64,000 nt of DNA, from positions 50,406,001-50,470,000 of the forward strand of contig NC_083287.1 of the NCBI RefSeq assembly GCF_963506605.1, given 5' to 3'. Below the pieces are notes generated by a model. The model saw only the letters and a program-made list of their open reading frames with translations. It did not search any database and was not told the DNA's origin. The first letter of the stretch is position 1. Each line of letters begins with the position of its first letter. Below, in pieces: positions 1 through 15,020 of the stretch. The position numbers and the translations under genes were made by a program. Source of the stretch: Zootoca vivipara (lineage: Eukaryota).

Positions 1-73
1 TAACTGCAAGTGTCAAATCAGTAGTGCCAGTGTTCTAAAGTGCCTTTTTGTCATATCCATTTACTTATTTTAG

Positions 74-232
<159 letters not shown>

Positions 233-1130
233 TGAGCTGTGCAAAGCATTTTTTTTTTTTTACTGCCATGGAGGGGGATATTTTGTAACCCCACAGCTGA
301 TTTGAACAACTGATTTTAGTAGAGAGAATGGGTTGAAAACAGATGAGTATAGATATTCTGGAGCAATAGTTCACTGCTGAAACAAAATTGACATAGTAAG
401 CCTTAACAGGCAGTTAGAAATTGCTTCAGCCAGCATTCAAAAGTCAGTTTTTAAACTTAACAATATCAGTTAAGTGATATAAAAGGATACGTTCTGAAGA
501 CACGTGAGGTGAAGCTACGTCAGTACCTGGGTGGGTGACTGCCCAGGAATGGAATGTATTCCACCCTAGCTCCCATAATGGAAGAAAGATGAGATATAAA
601 TAGAAGGAAGTAAATAAAATACAAGTCAGTGTTTCCATTAATGACAGGGACACTAGCTGGACCCATATATTCCTGGAACCTGGGCAGAAGTTGTCTACAA
701 TGTTTCATGGGCCTCTGTTTGAGTAGATGCCAGGCCACCTGAGAGTGGGTGGGTTGGGGGAGTTTGTAACAATGTCAAATGCACTTGTTTCAGTGTGTCG
801 TAGTGTCTGTCAGCCACTTACTGTACTTGTATGGGAGAAAATCAAGTTCTCTGTTGGGATCTTAGTGTTCCCACTGGGGTAAAGGTGTACAACCTTTTAG
901 CTCTCAGCTATCTTACCATGTGTGATGATAATTGGATTTTTAAAACGTTTACCTCAAATTACAGCCCTTAATATGGTGAAAACACATTGCAGAGGGTATT
1001 GTGTTGCTCTAACAGCAGCCCAATAGATCATTTCAAAGTATAATGTGACCATTATAAAGAGAGGAAATGATGGGCTGAAAAATGTATTGTGGCAGCAAAA
1101 TGTAAATTCTTAATGCCGGACACTACTTAA

Positions 1131-1316
<186 letters not shown>

Positions 1317-2560
1317 TAGCTTGGTGAAAAGATTGCACACAACTTCTATATAAATTTCAAATCTTTCAGTGTTTCAATGTATGAACAGGAATATCTGTCC
1401 TGAACAATTATTTTATTACACATTCCCATGCTCTGGGAAGACTGCACTTGATGTTGTTAGGCAGGCATTTTGTCTAATCCAACAGGATACTTATTGGAGC
1501 TGGAGGGTTTATAATACAGCCTTATTCCACTAAGCTGCTGGAGAAGTTTATCCCATATGCTGGTGCTGAAGTGCCTGCACTTGGTCCTCTTCCTTCTGAA
1601 AGTCTTCCTCCAATATAATGGGCTGAGGGGAGTTTAGTAGTTACAGTACAATTGTTATCCCTACACACACACACACACCCCAAAACATGTCTGTGGATAT
1701 CTTTGGAAAAAGAAAAGGAAGAAAATCTGGAACAGAGTCCCTAAGATGGTGGAACGCACCTTGCACACCTTCTGGCAACTCCTGCAGCCAATCTTGTGCC
1801 AAATGTATTGCTCTGCTTTCCTTTGGACCACATCAGCCAGGCCGAGAGGGGGATCTTGTCATCTGGGCAGCCCAGGACCTCCATGCACACTGCCCAGGCT
1901 TGCCCCCTGGGAAGGTCACTTCAGTGCTGCTAACACAGTGGTTTGACTTCATTGCCGGAAGAGCACTCCATTGTCTCTCGAAACAGGCGGATGCCAACGT
2001 TGTACATGTACATGCACATACACACATATAAACACCCACAGAATAGTAGTCATTTAGAAACTATTGAGGATGACATCTTGCTGACCCCTGCTGCCTCCAG
2101 TTAAGGATAATAAACCCTTTTCTGCTATAGGATTCCATTCCATTGCGGGAGACCTTCTGGGAGCCTCATGCCAGTGGTGGGTGAGGCCAAGGTGTGCAGA
2201 TCATTGGATGTGACTCTTACCTATGGACAGTATGCTACATTCCAGGCACACTTGTCAGAGGTTTCTACACCTGCCCACCCATCTCTCCATCTAGGCAAGC
2301 AGGAGGCATCATCATAGTTCAAGCTTGTTTTCAAGCAAGGCAAAAGCAATTGAGTAGGCATGGATCTGGACCCATGATGGTGTGGCATATTGAGAGCCAC
2401 ATTGAGAGACCCACATTCTGTCCCCAGGCCTGAGGTTCCCCACCTCTGTCATAGTACGAGGCCATTTAGCAGAACCCAGCTATTCTTTCTCTCCCCTACC
2501 TTCCAGGCATTGGGAATCGTGAGGCTATTATTTTGGGTAGTGGGGAGCCTGCCATTGTTG

Positions 2561-2798
2561 TACAGTGGTACCTCGGCTTAAGAACTTAATTCGTTCCGGA
2601 GGTCCATTCTTAACCTGAAATTGTTCTTAACCTGAGATACCACTTTAGCTAATGGGGCCTCCCGTTGGTGCCACCACACAATTTCTGTTCTCATCCTAAA
2701 GCAAAGTTCTTAACCCAAGGTACTATTTTTGGGTTAGCGGAGTCTGTAACCTGAAGCGTCTGTAACCTGAAGCGTCTGTAACCCAAGGTACCACTGTA
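2561..2798. mobile_element. Tc1/mariner (Tigger/pogo-like) MITE
   Basis: TA-CAGTGGTACCT...AGGTACCACTG-TA terminal inverted repeats with TA target duplication. Confidence 0.85.
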
Positions 2799-2961
2799 CT
2801 TTCTAAAAGAGTGAAAGAGTCTGGTGCCTATTCAAGAAAACTAAATTGAATCGGCTTTAGTTTGAAGGCCCTGTAAAAATTAGTTTCTTATCGGCAGGAG
2901 AAAATGAGTTTGGATCACAATACTATCGTAACATATCAGAGTTTTTTTTTCTCATCAACAG

Positions 2962-3063
2962 GTATTAAGGGTTTGGGATCCAAGAACCTGTGCAAAGCTT
3001 ATGAAACTCAAGGGGCACACAGACAATGTTAAAGCTTTGCTATTGAACAGAGATGGCACACAG
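2962..3063 (+). CDS. WDR48: WDR48 exon 7
   Basis: aacag|..CAG|gtatgc; [34 protein letters not shown]. Confidence 0.95.
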
Positions 3064-3499
3064 GTATGCATTTGATATCACATTACTGTGAAGGCAACTA
3101 GCTGTATGGGGAAGATTTCTCTCTGTGGTGCAATGATATCCTCCCAGCCCTTTGCATTGCTTATTCTGCAAGATCGGCTTTGAGTTCTTAATAAGAAATG
3201 TGTTGAAACAAACACAATGCATTTTTGTTTCATATTTGAGCAAATATCAATTGTATTTAAATACTTTGCTAGAAGCAACAAGCTAAAACTGGGGGGGGGG
3301 GTTAAAAAAATTGTTGGCATGGATAAGTTTTTTTTGCATGTTATTTCTGTTGCCAAATGAAACTGTAACATTCTATAGGGAAAACAGATTGAACGGAAGG
3401 AAAACTGGACTTGCATGTTGACTTTAGAGAGCTAAACATTTACTCACTATTTTATTGGATATGTAATTGTTTTAAATTGAACAACCATTCTTGTTACAG

Positions 3500-3724
3500 T
3501 GTCTTTCTGGCAGCTCTGATGGGACTATCAGACTCTGGTCCCTTGGTCAGCAGAGATGTATAGCTACATACAGAGTCCATGATGAGGGTGTATGGGCACT
3601 TCAAGTCAATGAAGCCTTCACTCACGTATATTCAGGTGGAAGAGACAGAAAGATATACTGTACAGATCTACGAAATCCTGATATTCGAGTGCTCATTTGT
3701 GAAGAAAAGGCACCTGTCCTTAAG
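3500..3724 (+). CDS. WDR48: WDR48 exon 8
   Basis: tacag|..AAG|gtaata; [20 protein letters not shown]...EEKAPVLK. Confidence 0.96.
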
Positions 3725-3904
3725 GTAATATACATAACCATTTTCCCCCCATATAGATCTTGGTGAAACTTACTATCAGTACAGCTGCAACCTACTTTTG
3801 TTTCCATCAGGTACAGCTTGACTGTTCTGGGTGGCAATTGTACAGATGCATAATACAGCTTGGCACATCATTTGTGAAGAGTTATTGTTATTGTTATAGT
3901 TATT

Positions 3905-4200
3905 GTTATTATTTATTCAGTTTGTATACCATCCTTAATCCATAAATCTCAAGGCAGTCCACAGCATAAAAACAAGATAAAAACACAAAATAAATAATAA
4001 AAATAAGAACAACAAAACAGTAACCCCCCCCTCTTCCCCCATCCCCTCCCACAGACACATTTAAAAGGGTTGAGGATGTTAACCAGCCAAAGACCTGGTT
4101 AAAGAGGAATGTTTTTACCTGACACCTAAAGGTGTATAATGAATGTGCCAGCCAAACGTCCCTGGAGAGAGTATTCCACAAATGGGGACCTTCCTCACTG
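3905..4200 (-). mobile_element. degenerate L2-type LINE 3' end
   Basis: (TAT)-like tail then ...aaagacctggttaaagaggaatgtttttacctg..., the pattern of squamate L2 3' ends. Confidence 0.5.
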
Positions 4201-4913
4201 TTTTCATCTGTAAGGAGATGAGACATAAATACTGGGCATTTTTTAACATAAACATGTGGTGGATTTTTTTTTAATGACAAGTGTTGTGTTATTTATATTG
4301 TTTTATGAAATCAATAATTTTGCTATGGCTGTGGCTTAAATATAGACTATTATTTTTCTAAATTTGGATATGTTAACTCACCATCATAGAGTAATGACAG
4401 TGTACAACCAAACTAGAAATACAGGGTTGCTGAAATCTGCTCAGTCTTCGGAAAGCACATCTAGAAAGTAAAGCTTTATTAAAAAATATCATGCTGCCCT
4501 CTGAGATGGAGCCTTTATCTCTGTGAGATGGGTTTTCAAGTTTGAGGAAGATAAGCAGGAACATATAGTAGGTGTTAGAACAGTACTGTGTGTTGTGATA
4601 AATCTCATCTGTAAATTCAGTTTTTAAATACATCTGTACACTATGCATATAGAAACCTGACACCTGAATTTCAAAAGCAAATTTGCCAATTGTACTGGAA
4701 CTGTTGATTTTTTATATATATATTTTTTTAATCTGAAGCCTAGTTCTGCCCTGGGTTCTGTTCCTTCTTACTCCTAGTGAAACATGTGGCCCCTTCCAGC
4801 ACTAAAATTCTATGATTCTATGTTCCACTTGGTATAAAGGAGTATGCTGTATATTGTATGGGTGTGCAGCAATAGAAAGATGATTTAACACTTCTTATTT
4901 CTTCATTGTTCAG

Positions 4914-4988
4914 ATGGAGTTAGATCGATCAGCTGACCCTCCTCCAGCACTCTGGGTTGCAACAACAAAATCATCTGTGAATAAGTGG
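4914..4988 (+). CDS. WDR48: WDR48 exon 9
   Basis: ttcag|..TGG|gtaaga; [25 protein letters not shown]. Confidence 0.95.
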
Positions 4989-5037
4989 GTAAGAAATGAA
5001 TTAAACCTGTGTAAATTTACATATGCCTAGTTGTACA

Positions 5038-5484
5038 TACCGTGTTTCCCCTATTTTAAGACGTAACCATAATATAAGCCGTAGCAGGATTTCTAAGCAA
5101 TTGCGTGATACAAGCTATCCCCGAAAATAAGACATACTGATAGCAATAACCCCCCTCCCGCCAGCCAACTCCCCCCCTTAAAAATCTCTCCCCATTTTGC
5201 TGTCGCTCCACAGACACATATTTTCTTTAAAAGCTTGTAAAAATGCATGAAGAGCCGTAGCTGCTGGCTGCCGAAGCCTCGTGATTTTCCCTCCCCATTT
5301 CTGAGAGCATTTTTTTTAAATAAAAGGATTCGGAAATATTTTTTTTAGCCAAGCTGTGTAAGCTCTACTTGGTGAAGAGGAGAAAAGTGGGGTGGGGAGG
5401 AGATGAAGGCACGAGGAAGAAAAGAGGGGTGATTGAAGAATGCAAAGGCTGTTTTCCCTTTTAGGGAGAGACCTCCGTGCGCGC

Positions 5485-5551
<67 letters not shown>

Positions 5552-6469
5552 GGCCCACTTCTCGCTTCTCCCCACCTTTCCCTAAATTCCCTTCCATTCA
5601 ATGTGCCCACCCATGAGTTGCCTGTTGATTTCCTCTTAATGGGAATCTCCCGTGTCTGATTGTTGTCTCCTTGCTTTTACCGAAGGCATAAAGCAGCCTT
5701 TTAAAAAGCCTGCTGCAGTGAGGATTCTTTTTCTTTCTACCTTATGCTGCTTGGTTGTCTGTGGAGCTGCCACTTTAAGGATTTGTAAGTAGTCTGGATC
5801 GCAGTCCTTGCCTTGGGGACTTTTATTTTTATTAAGGACTTTTTCCTTCTCACTGTTTGCGAGCTGCTAAACAGAGCTGCTAAACCCTGCCCTACACAAA
5901 AGTTAAACTGCCGGTCCTAACAACATGTGCTTCCTTTACCCACAAAATTTTTAACTCACCTCGCTGGCTCAATTGCTTCTCAATTGCTACCATTTACCAA
6001 GTCAGCAATCTTAATTGCTGCTTAGCTGGCTTCTTTGTTCTCAGCAGGTAGCTTCTTTGCTATCAGTGATACCGTAGCACTACAAAGTGCTACATTGTTG
6101 GAACTTCAGACTGTTGGGACTTAAGTCTTAGGCAGCTGGCTGGTAGAGATCCTTACTTGCTTTACGTATAGGCTACTGCTAGGACTGTATCACACAGATA
6201 GACCCCATTATACTGGTTTAGATTTAAGAAGCTCCAGTGTAGCAGATTGCTATTAAGTGAGTCCCCACCTTGGAAGAGAGAGAGAGCAGCCCTTCGTGAA
6301 CATCCCAGGGCCGGGGAGAGAGGGCTGCGCCAGGGACGCACACACCTCCCTTCCCTCAGACTCATAATAAAAATACCAGTAAGACATCCCACCAAAAATA
6401 AGCCACCCTGTGGTTTTTTGAGGAAAAAAAAGTAATAAGACGGTGTCTTAAAAAAGGGGAAACACGGTA
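5038..6469. mobile_element. non-autonomous Tc2/pogo-like DNA transposon (1.43 kb)
   Basis: TA-CCGTGTTTCCCC...GGGGAAACACGG-TA TIRs, subterminal AATAAGAC/AATAAGCC repeats, no transposase ORF. Confidence 0.82.
5491..5550 (+). repeat. compound microsatellite (CT)20(CA)10
   Basis: direct reading. Confidence 0.95.
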
Positions 6470-6966
6470 GTTGATCCTTCCTTGATAATCTTGGGAAGCT
6501 CACTTGAGCAAAGTTGTGGAATCCCTCATCTATAAATGGAACTCTCTCTCCACCCTACCAAAATATACATGCACCCATCACTGGGCAATATCCAGTGTTG
6601 GTCAAACTCACAAGTAGACCCATTTAAATAAATGGCCTACTCTGAGGCTGACTAACATTAGATTTTACCTACTGACTCATCTGCTTTAAGTACTTTGCAT
6701 AGAAGAGTGTGGCATGAGTGAAGCTTGCTGCTTCTGCCTTCTGGAACAGTTCTGCACCTTGATTCATCAGGACCTCTACTTGTGGCATGGTGTTGTCCGA
6801 ATATTTGTAGTTTTTTCACAAGGGCCATCATGGAAACTGGACAAATAGTTCCCCCAAGGTGGAGAAAGATCCTTTGAAGAAGGGGCATAGGCCATGTTGT
6901 GTAGTGGAATCTAATTATGATCCTTTTACTTTTTCTCCCCTTGCTTTCATTTTATTTATTTTTTAG

Positions 6967-7095
<129 letters not shown>

Positions 7096-7620
7096 TAAAA
7101 GTAGTGCTTTGGGGCTGGCAGAGACGACAATACTTGATCCAGATTTAGTATTTCTGCAAAATCTTGTGTAAATGATCAATCTGTTCCTTTAAGCATCAGG
7201 GGTTTTGTCATCTACATTGGTTGGGACTAAGCAAAAGGGGCTAGAGAGTCCTGCAAAGTACAGAAGTACCGCTCTTCGGCATTTGGGTCATGTCAGGCAG
7301 AAACTATCTCTCACTATGACTGATGGGAACCTTGTTTTGTTCTGTGTGTGTCTCTCTCCCCCCCCAACTTTAAAGTAAAAACTTGCCAATTCAGGCTTAG
7401 GCACCTGGTACTGCACCCAGACTCCATATAAAATTCTGCATGATGCTTCCAGAGATGCAGAATACTGTATTAATTATTCCAGTTCCATCTGAGTAATGAA
7501 AAATTCAAAATGGCATCTTCTTTTTTTTCTTTCGACTGATTCTTTCCCACACAGGCTTTGTGTGTGTCTTTCTGTAATTACACACTTTTACAGACTGAGA
7601 GATCTGCATGGATGGTCTGA

Positions 7621-7773
<153 letters not shown>

Positions 7774-8752
7774 TGACTGGTCAAATATGTGAGATTAGGT
7801 TGTCTTATATTAACTGCTTCTTCATATACAGTGGATCCATGTTTCCCATGTAGCTTGGGCTGGTAGATCCCCTTTAGGATGGGATCCACCAGGTGCTGCT
7901 TTGGAAAAACAAAAGGGCCGTTTCGGGTGGAGACATCTTTTACAGCTGGTTTTTGGCCCTTTTTATAGTTCATGCTTCTTCATAGATCTCCATTAGCTTT
8001 TGTAAAAAGAGAAGTACTTCCTGATTAAATCAATAAACTCATTAATCCCTTGCTTAAAAACAGAAGCTCTAAATTATCTTAAGAGCACATTTCTTCCTCT
8101 CTCCTTCAATAAACCCCACCGTTCCAACCTATCAGGCAGTAAATTCCTGGAGAAAGGTCAGTAGTGATGCCTCTTATAGCAGTAATTTACAGTAACTGCT
8201 AGAGTGTTTTAAGAGAGCTAGGTTTCCTTGCTTTTTCTTGAAGCCCCATTGGGTGTGTATTTTAAAGAAATAGGAAATGTGTGGTTGTATCAACCTGTAT
8301 CACTCAACTGACAGCAAGGCGGCTCCATCAGGGGAACTTGGGTGGGGGAAAGGAATTTTGATCCATTGCTCTCCTTCCCCAAAAAAGCTCTCAACAACTT
8401 TGGTCAATCCAGTGGGTAGATCACTGCCAGTTTATTTATAGTGGGAGTAGATCGCAGTCTCTTGGAAGTAGGGCATGTGCCTGCTCTATAAAACTATTTT
8501 GGAGGATTGCGGACCTGACTTGGGGACTCAGAGGGCTACAAGGGAGTGGAAGAAATGTTGAAAGCTCCTTTCCTCCCCATTCCTCTAATGGAGCTCTTTG
8601 CCATTGGTCTGAGTGGCACAATTGGATGCAACTCATAATGAACATGAGAGAGCATTCAAAACGAACTCTCTGCCAGGGAGTGCAAGTTTGATGATGATAT
8701 GTGCTACGTCTGTGCTGCATAACCTTTTTTGTCGTTGTTGTCTTACATACAG

Positions 8753-8860
8753 GCATGTAAAGTAGAAGACCTTGGGAAAGTGGACTTTGAAGAAGAAATT
8801 AAGAAAAGGTTTAAAATGGTTTACGTGCCAAATTGGTTTTCAGTAGACTTAAAAACTGGG
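8753..8860 (+). CDS. WDR48: WDR48 exon 12
   Basis: tacag|..GGG|gtaagg; [36 protein letters not shown]. Confidence 0.95.
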
Positions 8861-9388
8861 GTAAGGCACACTTTAATTAATTTCAGTGTTGTTGAGGTGA
8901 TCTATATCTCATCCTTCCTTTGGAGCTTAAGGCAATATATATACAGTATATGGTATATGGTGACAGCCACAATGTAATTTTTAGAACAGGCCTATGTGTT
9001 ACATTGGGCTGAGACATTGTGGTTAGGAGACTGTGGGCCTAATTAGGCTCGGCAAAAGTCTTATGCACCTTTTTAAAATGACTTCTACTGGATAAGGTCA
9101 AAGGCCCATGTAGTTCAGCTTACTGTTCTCACATTCACCACCCGGGTGCCCCTGGGAAGCCTGCAAGCAAGACGTGAGCTCATCAGCTCTCTCTCTCCTC
9201 TTGTGATACCCAGCATTTGCTATACCGAGACACACTGCTGAGAGTGGAGGTGGAAAATAGCCATCATGGCTAGTAGTCAGTGATAGCCTTGTCCTCCATG
9301 AATATTTTAAAGCCACCCAAGTCGATGACATACACTACATCGTGGAGGAGCGAATTTCATAGTTGAACTGTATGCTTTGAGAAGGAAG

Positions 9389-9623
9389 TACAGTCGTACC
9401 TTGGAAGTCGAAGGGAATCCATTCTGGAAGTCTGTTCGACATCCAAAAATTTTGGAAACCAAAGTGCGAAGCTCCTGCAGCCAATCGGAAGCTGCGGAAG
9501 CCCCGTTGGATGTTCAGCTTCCAAATATAGATCACAAACCGGAACAATCACTTTTGGGTTTGCAGCATTTGGGAGCCAAAACATTCGAGAACTAAGCTGT
9601 TTGAAAACCAAGGTACGACTGTA
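9389..9623. mobile_element. Tc1/mariner (Tigger-like) MITE nested in a CR1-type LINE remnant (~9100-9750, minus strand)
   Basis: perfect TIR TA-CAGTCGTACCTTGG...CCAAGGTACGACTG-TA; flanks rejoin as gaaggaagta|ctgtcttctgtctgtcctgaatc. Confidence 0.85.
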
Positions 9624-10640
9624 CTGTCTTCTGTCTGTCCTGAATCTTGCAGCATTCAGCTTAGTTGGATGTTCCCAAATTCTAGAGAGTGGGAGAAAAA
9701 CTTCTCCCAATCCACACTATACATAATGTTACACACCTCTTATCATGTGCTCCTGGGCTCTCCCTTTTTTCAAAACTAATATGGCATGTGACAGTCACTT
9801 CAATTTTAACATTAAATATATGAAATTGGATTATGCATAGTGTATACATGTGTTTCCTCCAACGGGAAGGGACAAAATGTCTAGGTGCTCAAGAAAAAAA
9901 GTGTCTGTTTTAAATTAAGCAGAGGTTGAAATAGTGTGCAGATACCAGTTTGCAATCTGATGTTCAAGAGAGTCCCTGAGGAAGAGTGGTGGTTTGAAGC
10001 ACATTGGTCATATGCCTTTGGTTTGAGATGGGAGTTCTCTTGAAAGTAACTCCTCTTTGGAGTCTGCATTGTTAGTTCCAAAAGGTGTGCAAAATGTCTT
10101 ACACGAGCACTTTTTAATCTCAAAACTTCCTTATCAAATCACCTGTCAATTACTATGATACCATTTTTCTTTCGGGTTTAAGTTGGGCTACAGAGGAAGA
10201 TCCTTGCCAAAAGCAAGGCTTGACATCATTTCCCATTATCTTCCCTCTCAATTCTGGCAGGGATTGGATGACCAATCCCCATGGGATTGATAATGTCTTT
10301 GTTTTTTATTTTCAGCAGCATTAGAGTTTGAAGCCTTTTTCTTTTGTTGTGTGCAGTTGAAAAGGAGGCACACATTTGTTTGAGAATTTGTATTTAGTAT
10401 GTTGATGAATACTAATTATTGTGGAAATGTAGTGCACAACTGTTCAAAGAACTTGCTGTATGGCCTTGTAAAACTAATACACAGATACTAATGTAATGAT
10501 GAGATGACAGATGTTGTCATCTGCATGTAATCTTTGTATATTCAAAGTGTGCTTGTCAAAGTTTTCTGTAGGTTTGAATGTGTAGGTTTTGTTCTTAATA
10601 CAGTATTCATACTGCATTCCTCCCAACTGTCTTGTTTTGA

Positions 10641-10766
<126 letters not shown>

Positions 10767-11724
10767 TAAACACCAAAACTCCTTGTACTTACCATGTTTC
10801 TGAAAAGTGTATATAAACCTGTTTGGCGATCTCCCTATGCCCCATCAAATGCTCGAGATATTTTTTTTCTTTTTCTTTTTAATTTAGACTTCTTGCTGTG
10901 GTAATTTGTCTTGGCTTGGTTTTCTTTGGAAACTTAACCCTTGCAAGGCTCAAATTGCCTAGCCTGTCTTAGTCCACAATTCTGCACTACTTTTAGAAGT
11001 GTATTCTGTGAGACTGTCACCAGCTCATCCTCTGCAAGGACTGGAAATTTGGGGTGGTATTCAATGAACTCATTCCATAAGCTCGGGGATTTACACGTCA
11101 CCCCCTCTTCCCCCCTGTGTGTGTCCAGTGCCCTCGCTAAATCTGCTCCAGACGGTTGGAGGAACCCCCTGAACAGATTTAGTGGGGAGGAGGAAAATCT
11201 GTTGCACAAGCATATATCCTTGCGCTGGTGGAGTGAGTTAATTAGCACTTCATTGGATGCAAGCCATTACCCTGATCTTGCAGGCAAACCAGTTTGCAGT
11301 ATCAGTACTTCAGTTTTCAACAAGCGCCCTTCAATGAAGGCTCCTTTTGAGCTTTCAGTTAGAAAGGATGAACTAAGGTCCCGAACCGAATAGCTACCTC
11401 AGTGCATACAAGGACCTGAGCACGTCCTGTGGGTTTGCCTCTTTGAATAGCAAAGTCCCATGCTATATCATAAACCTGCTTTTGAAAGTTCCCTCGGTTT
11501 CCAGAGAGGTTTATGTTGGGAGGGGCTGTTTTTCTGTCCAGAAAAACAAGGCAAAAACATGGGTATGTGGAACCAGCTGCATGGTTCTTTGGATGGCAGC
11601 CTTAAAATGTCTGTAACTAATACTAACAACATGCTAATTTTTTAATTAAAAAATTCATTTCTCACTTTTATAAATATCGGTGACAAATTCTTGCTTTCTT
11701 TCCTTTCTGTGTTACAAAATGCAG

Positions 11725-11820
11725 TGAACCTGGGAGGGCTCTTACTGCAAGCTCTCTTAGAGTATTGGCCTAGAACCCACATCAATCCTATGGATGAAGA
11801 TGAAAATGAGATGAACCATG
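11725..11820 (+). CDS. WDR48: WDR48 exon 14
   Basis: tgcag|..CAT G|gtgagt; NLGGLLLQALLEYWPRTHINPMDEDENEMNH. Confidence 0.95.
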
Positions 11821-12029
11821 GTGAGTGTTTCTTTGTGAGCGGTGTGGAAAGGTTAGACTTTCCTTTCTCAATGCCTTCCTGTACGTATAGTAAGCTTTGA
11901 TATGTAAATAGGAAGTATAATCCATATCTGATCCTACTAGCAAGAGAAAAGGTGGGTGGGTGCCAGTTCTTGGCCGCTGAATCCAGCTTTGTCGCTAGAG
12001 ACCTAGATAGCCCCAGTGGCTAGAAGCAC

Positions 12030-12690
12030 TTTTCACAGCTGCAACTGGTATGAGAGCTTGGCCACAGCAGTCTTTGTGCAATGGTTAATTCAGGATTGGA
12101 TTACTGCGCTGTGTTCTATGTGAGGCTTCCTTTGTGCTGGATCCGGAAGCTGCTGCTAGTGCAGAATGCTGCAGCATGATTGCTAACAGGGGTGAGACCC
12201 TGCCGGCATATGACACATCCGCTCAGAGACTTGCCCATTTGCTTACAGTTCAAGGTTTTACTATTAGTATATAAGACCAGTTTACTTGCAAGATCACTTT
12301 ATCTTATATATACCCAATTGACTGCTTCACTCTGCAGAACTGACACTTGTTGCAGGTGCCACATAATACTTTTTCCACCTTTGTAAGAAATTGATATTTT
12401 AGTGTAGCAGAGCCTGCACTTTGGAACTCCCTTCCTAGTGACACCACACAGGCACCACTGTACTCCTTTTAGCTCCTGCTTTTTTTTAAAAAAAAATGTT
12501 TAGGCAAGTCTATCCGGATACGTTGACGTGTGCTAATCTGGTTTTAGCCGATCCTTGATTTTATTTTATTTAAATGTTTTAATTAGTTTTTTTTAACTGT
12601 TATTGCTCATAATTTTGTTTTATTCTTTCTGTAGATTGCTTTGAGGCTTTAAGCGGTGCATAAATCTTGTAAAGTAAAAAAAAATGAAAC
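12030..12690 (+). mobile_element. old L2-type LINE 3' fragment
   Basis: gaagctg..gtgcagaatgctgcagc (LQLVQNAAA-like motif) and homology to the copy at 42500-43035. Confidence 0.6.
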
Positions 12691-12740
12691 AAATTTCAAA
12701 AATCTCTTGCGGTGATGAAAATGGAATATGCTTGTTTTGA

Positions 12741-13025
<285 letters not shown>

Positions 13026-14691
13026 TAAAGCAAATGATGAGGAAACTTGAATTCTTTGATAGTGCGACTTAGTGACAGTGCTGTGACTCCAATCTCACCT
13101 CTGCCATTAGATGGCCTTAGAGGAGCCACAGACAGTCAGCCCCTCCGCTTGTCCATCTGCCATAGGGGATCTGTGTTCACAGGGTTGTTGTAAGGACCAC
13201 TAAGAAAAAATATAATAAGCAGCATTACCTTTTAAACCCAAAGCAAGTTGATTGTCAAGGGCACTTTCCTCTCTTCAAATGTCCTTTATTCTCTCTGCAT
13301 ATAAACGGTGAAGGAGCAAGGCATGTTTTCATAAATTGTCTCAAGGAGTTTAAACGCTTTATTAAGATATTGTTCATGGTGCCATCCCAAAGGCTCGCAC
13401 CCTTTCTCACTACACAAGAAGTCAAGAATGAGTTCTCCTCCTGTGCTCCCATGTCAGAAGGCAGACTATTCCTCACGAGGTAAGAAGTGGCCACAACCAC
13501 TCTCCCTCTCCAATCTTCTTGACACCTCATTGGAAATCAGCAGTTTTGCAGCCTCCTAGGAAGCAAATTTTTCCCCTCTCTCTCTAGTGAAATACTATTT
13601 CTGATCCGCACAATTTGTGCAGTGGGGAGAACCCCTTAATTCCCTCCCCAAGCAACAGGAGAGGTATGGGAAATAGTGTGCCTCTCAGTAGTCACCCCCT
13701 CTGTAGCAGGAGCCGTGAAAGGACATAATAGGGAAGCAAGTTGTCACTGGGAGGGCTTTCAGCCGCAAGGCTGATTAGCTAATGAAGCTGATGGTCTGGA
13801 CTTGCTCACTGCTCCAGAGAGCTCCCAGCCAGCAAAAGTTAGTAAAGGTAGTAGATGAGAATACTTGATCCAGATCCCAGTGGCGTGGATCCCATCAGGA
13901 AAGGAGAGGAAGGCAGAGGGGAGCCAAGGTTTTATCCATTCATCTAGCATCTCTCTCCATTCTGCCGCATTGAAGAAAGGGACTATTCTGTTAAAGAGTG
14001 CTACCCTTTTGTTTTTGTCTGTCCCACTGAAGGATTTGTCACAGGAGAATACTGGTTCCTTTATGATACCCCAAGTGTTTTTCTACTTTTTTTTTTGCAT
14101 GCCCTGCTTGGCTACTTATTTATTTTAGGACTTCCTGGGGATGTCTTATTCACCTTTAACTGTTGGTTTTTGTTTTATCTCTCACACTGGTATGTAGCCA
14201 TGCAGATGGACTCTAGGTACAAGCTAACATTTGAAGAATTCCATAGGTTCTAAGAAGCCAAAATTAAAATCTGTGGAGTGGGACCCTCCCTCCCTTCTTG
14301 ATACCACATTTTATGTGCTGTCTTCTTACATACCACAGGAGTTAACCCATTCTTGACCAAGAAGGAAAATTTATTGTTAGACTTAACCTTGCTCTTTGTC
14401 CCAAAAGTTGACGTCAATTCAAGGTATCTTAGTAAGATGAGGCAGTTGGTAGTTTTGGACTGGATTTTAATTGCCTGTGCTAAGGAAGCGAATTCAGACA
14501 TGTAACTTCAAGCATTCCCAAGTATAATTCAATGCAAGACATGTGCCACTAGCCGCGGGCACAAATTCATCCCAGTATATCTTAAAACACATTTGCCTTT
14601 GTCTATCAGACTATGTACCTTGTTACTTCCAATGGTATTTCCTTGTTTTCATACACTTGCTGTTGGTTTTTGTGCAGAGATGACATCTTAA

Positions 14692-14895
<204 letters not shown>

Positions 14896-15020
14896 TAGAG
14901 CAGCCTTCGCCAACTGGTGCCTTCAACATGTGCCTTCAACTACAACTTCAGTGGGGCTGGTGGGAGTTGTAGACCAAAACTGGTGTAGAGTTTTGTTCTT
15001 CATTAAAAATAAAATAAAAA

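Noticed and set aside
5316-5659. ORFs with ERERER/SLSLSL/HTHT repeats
   Set aside because: Translations of the (CT)n(CA)n microsatellite.
10941-11393. 150-aa ORF in WDR48 intron 13
   Set aside because: Non-ATG start, no recognisable domain and not needed for the WDR48 frame; probably chance or decayed repeat.
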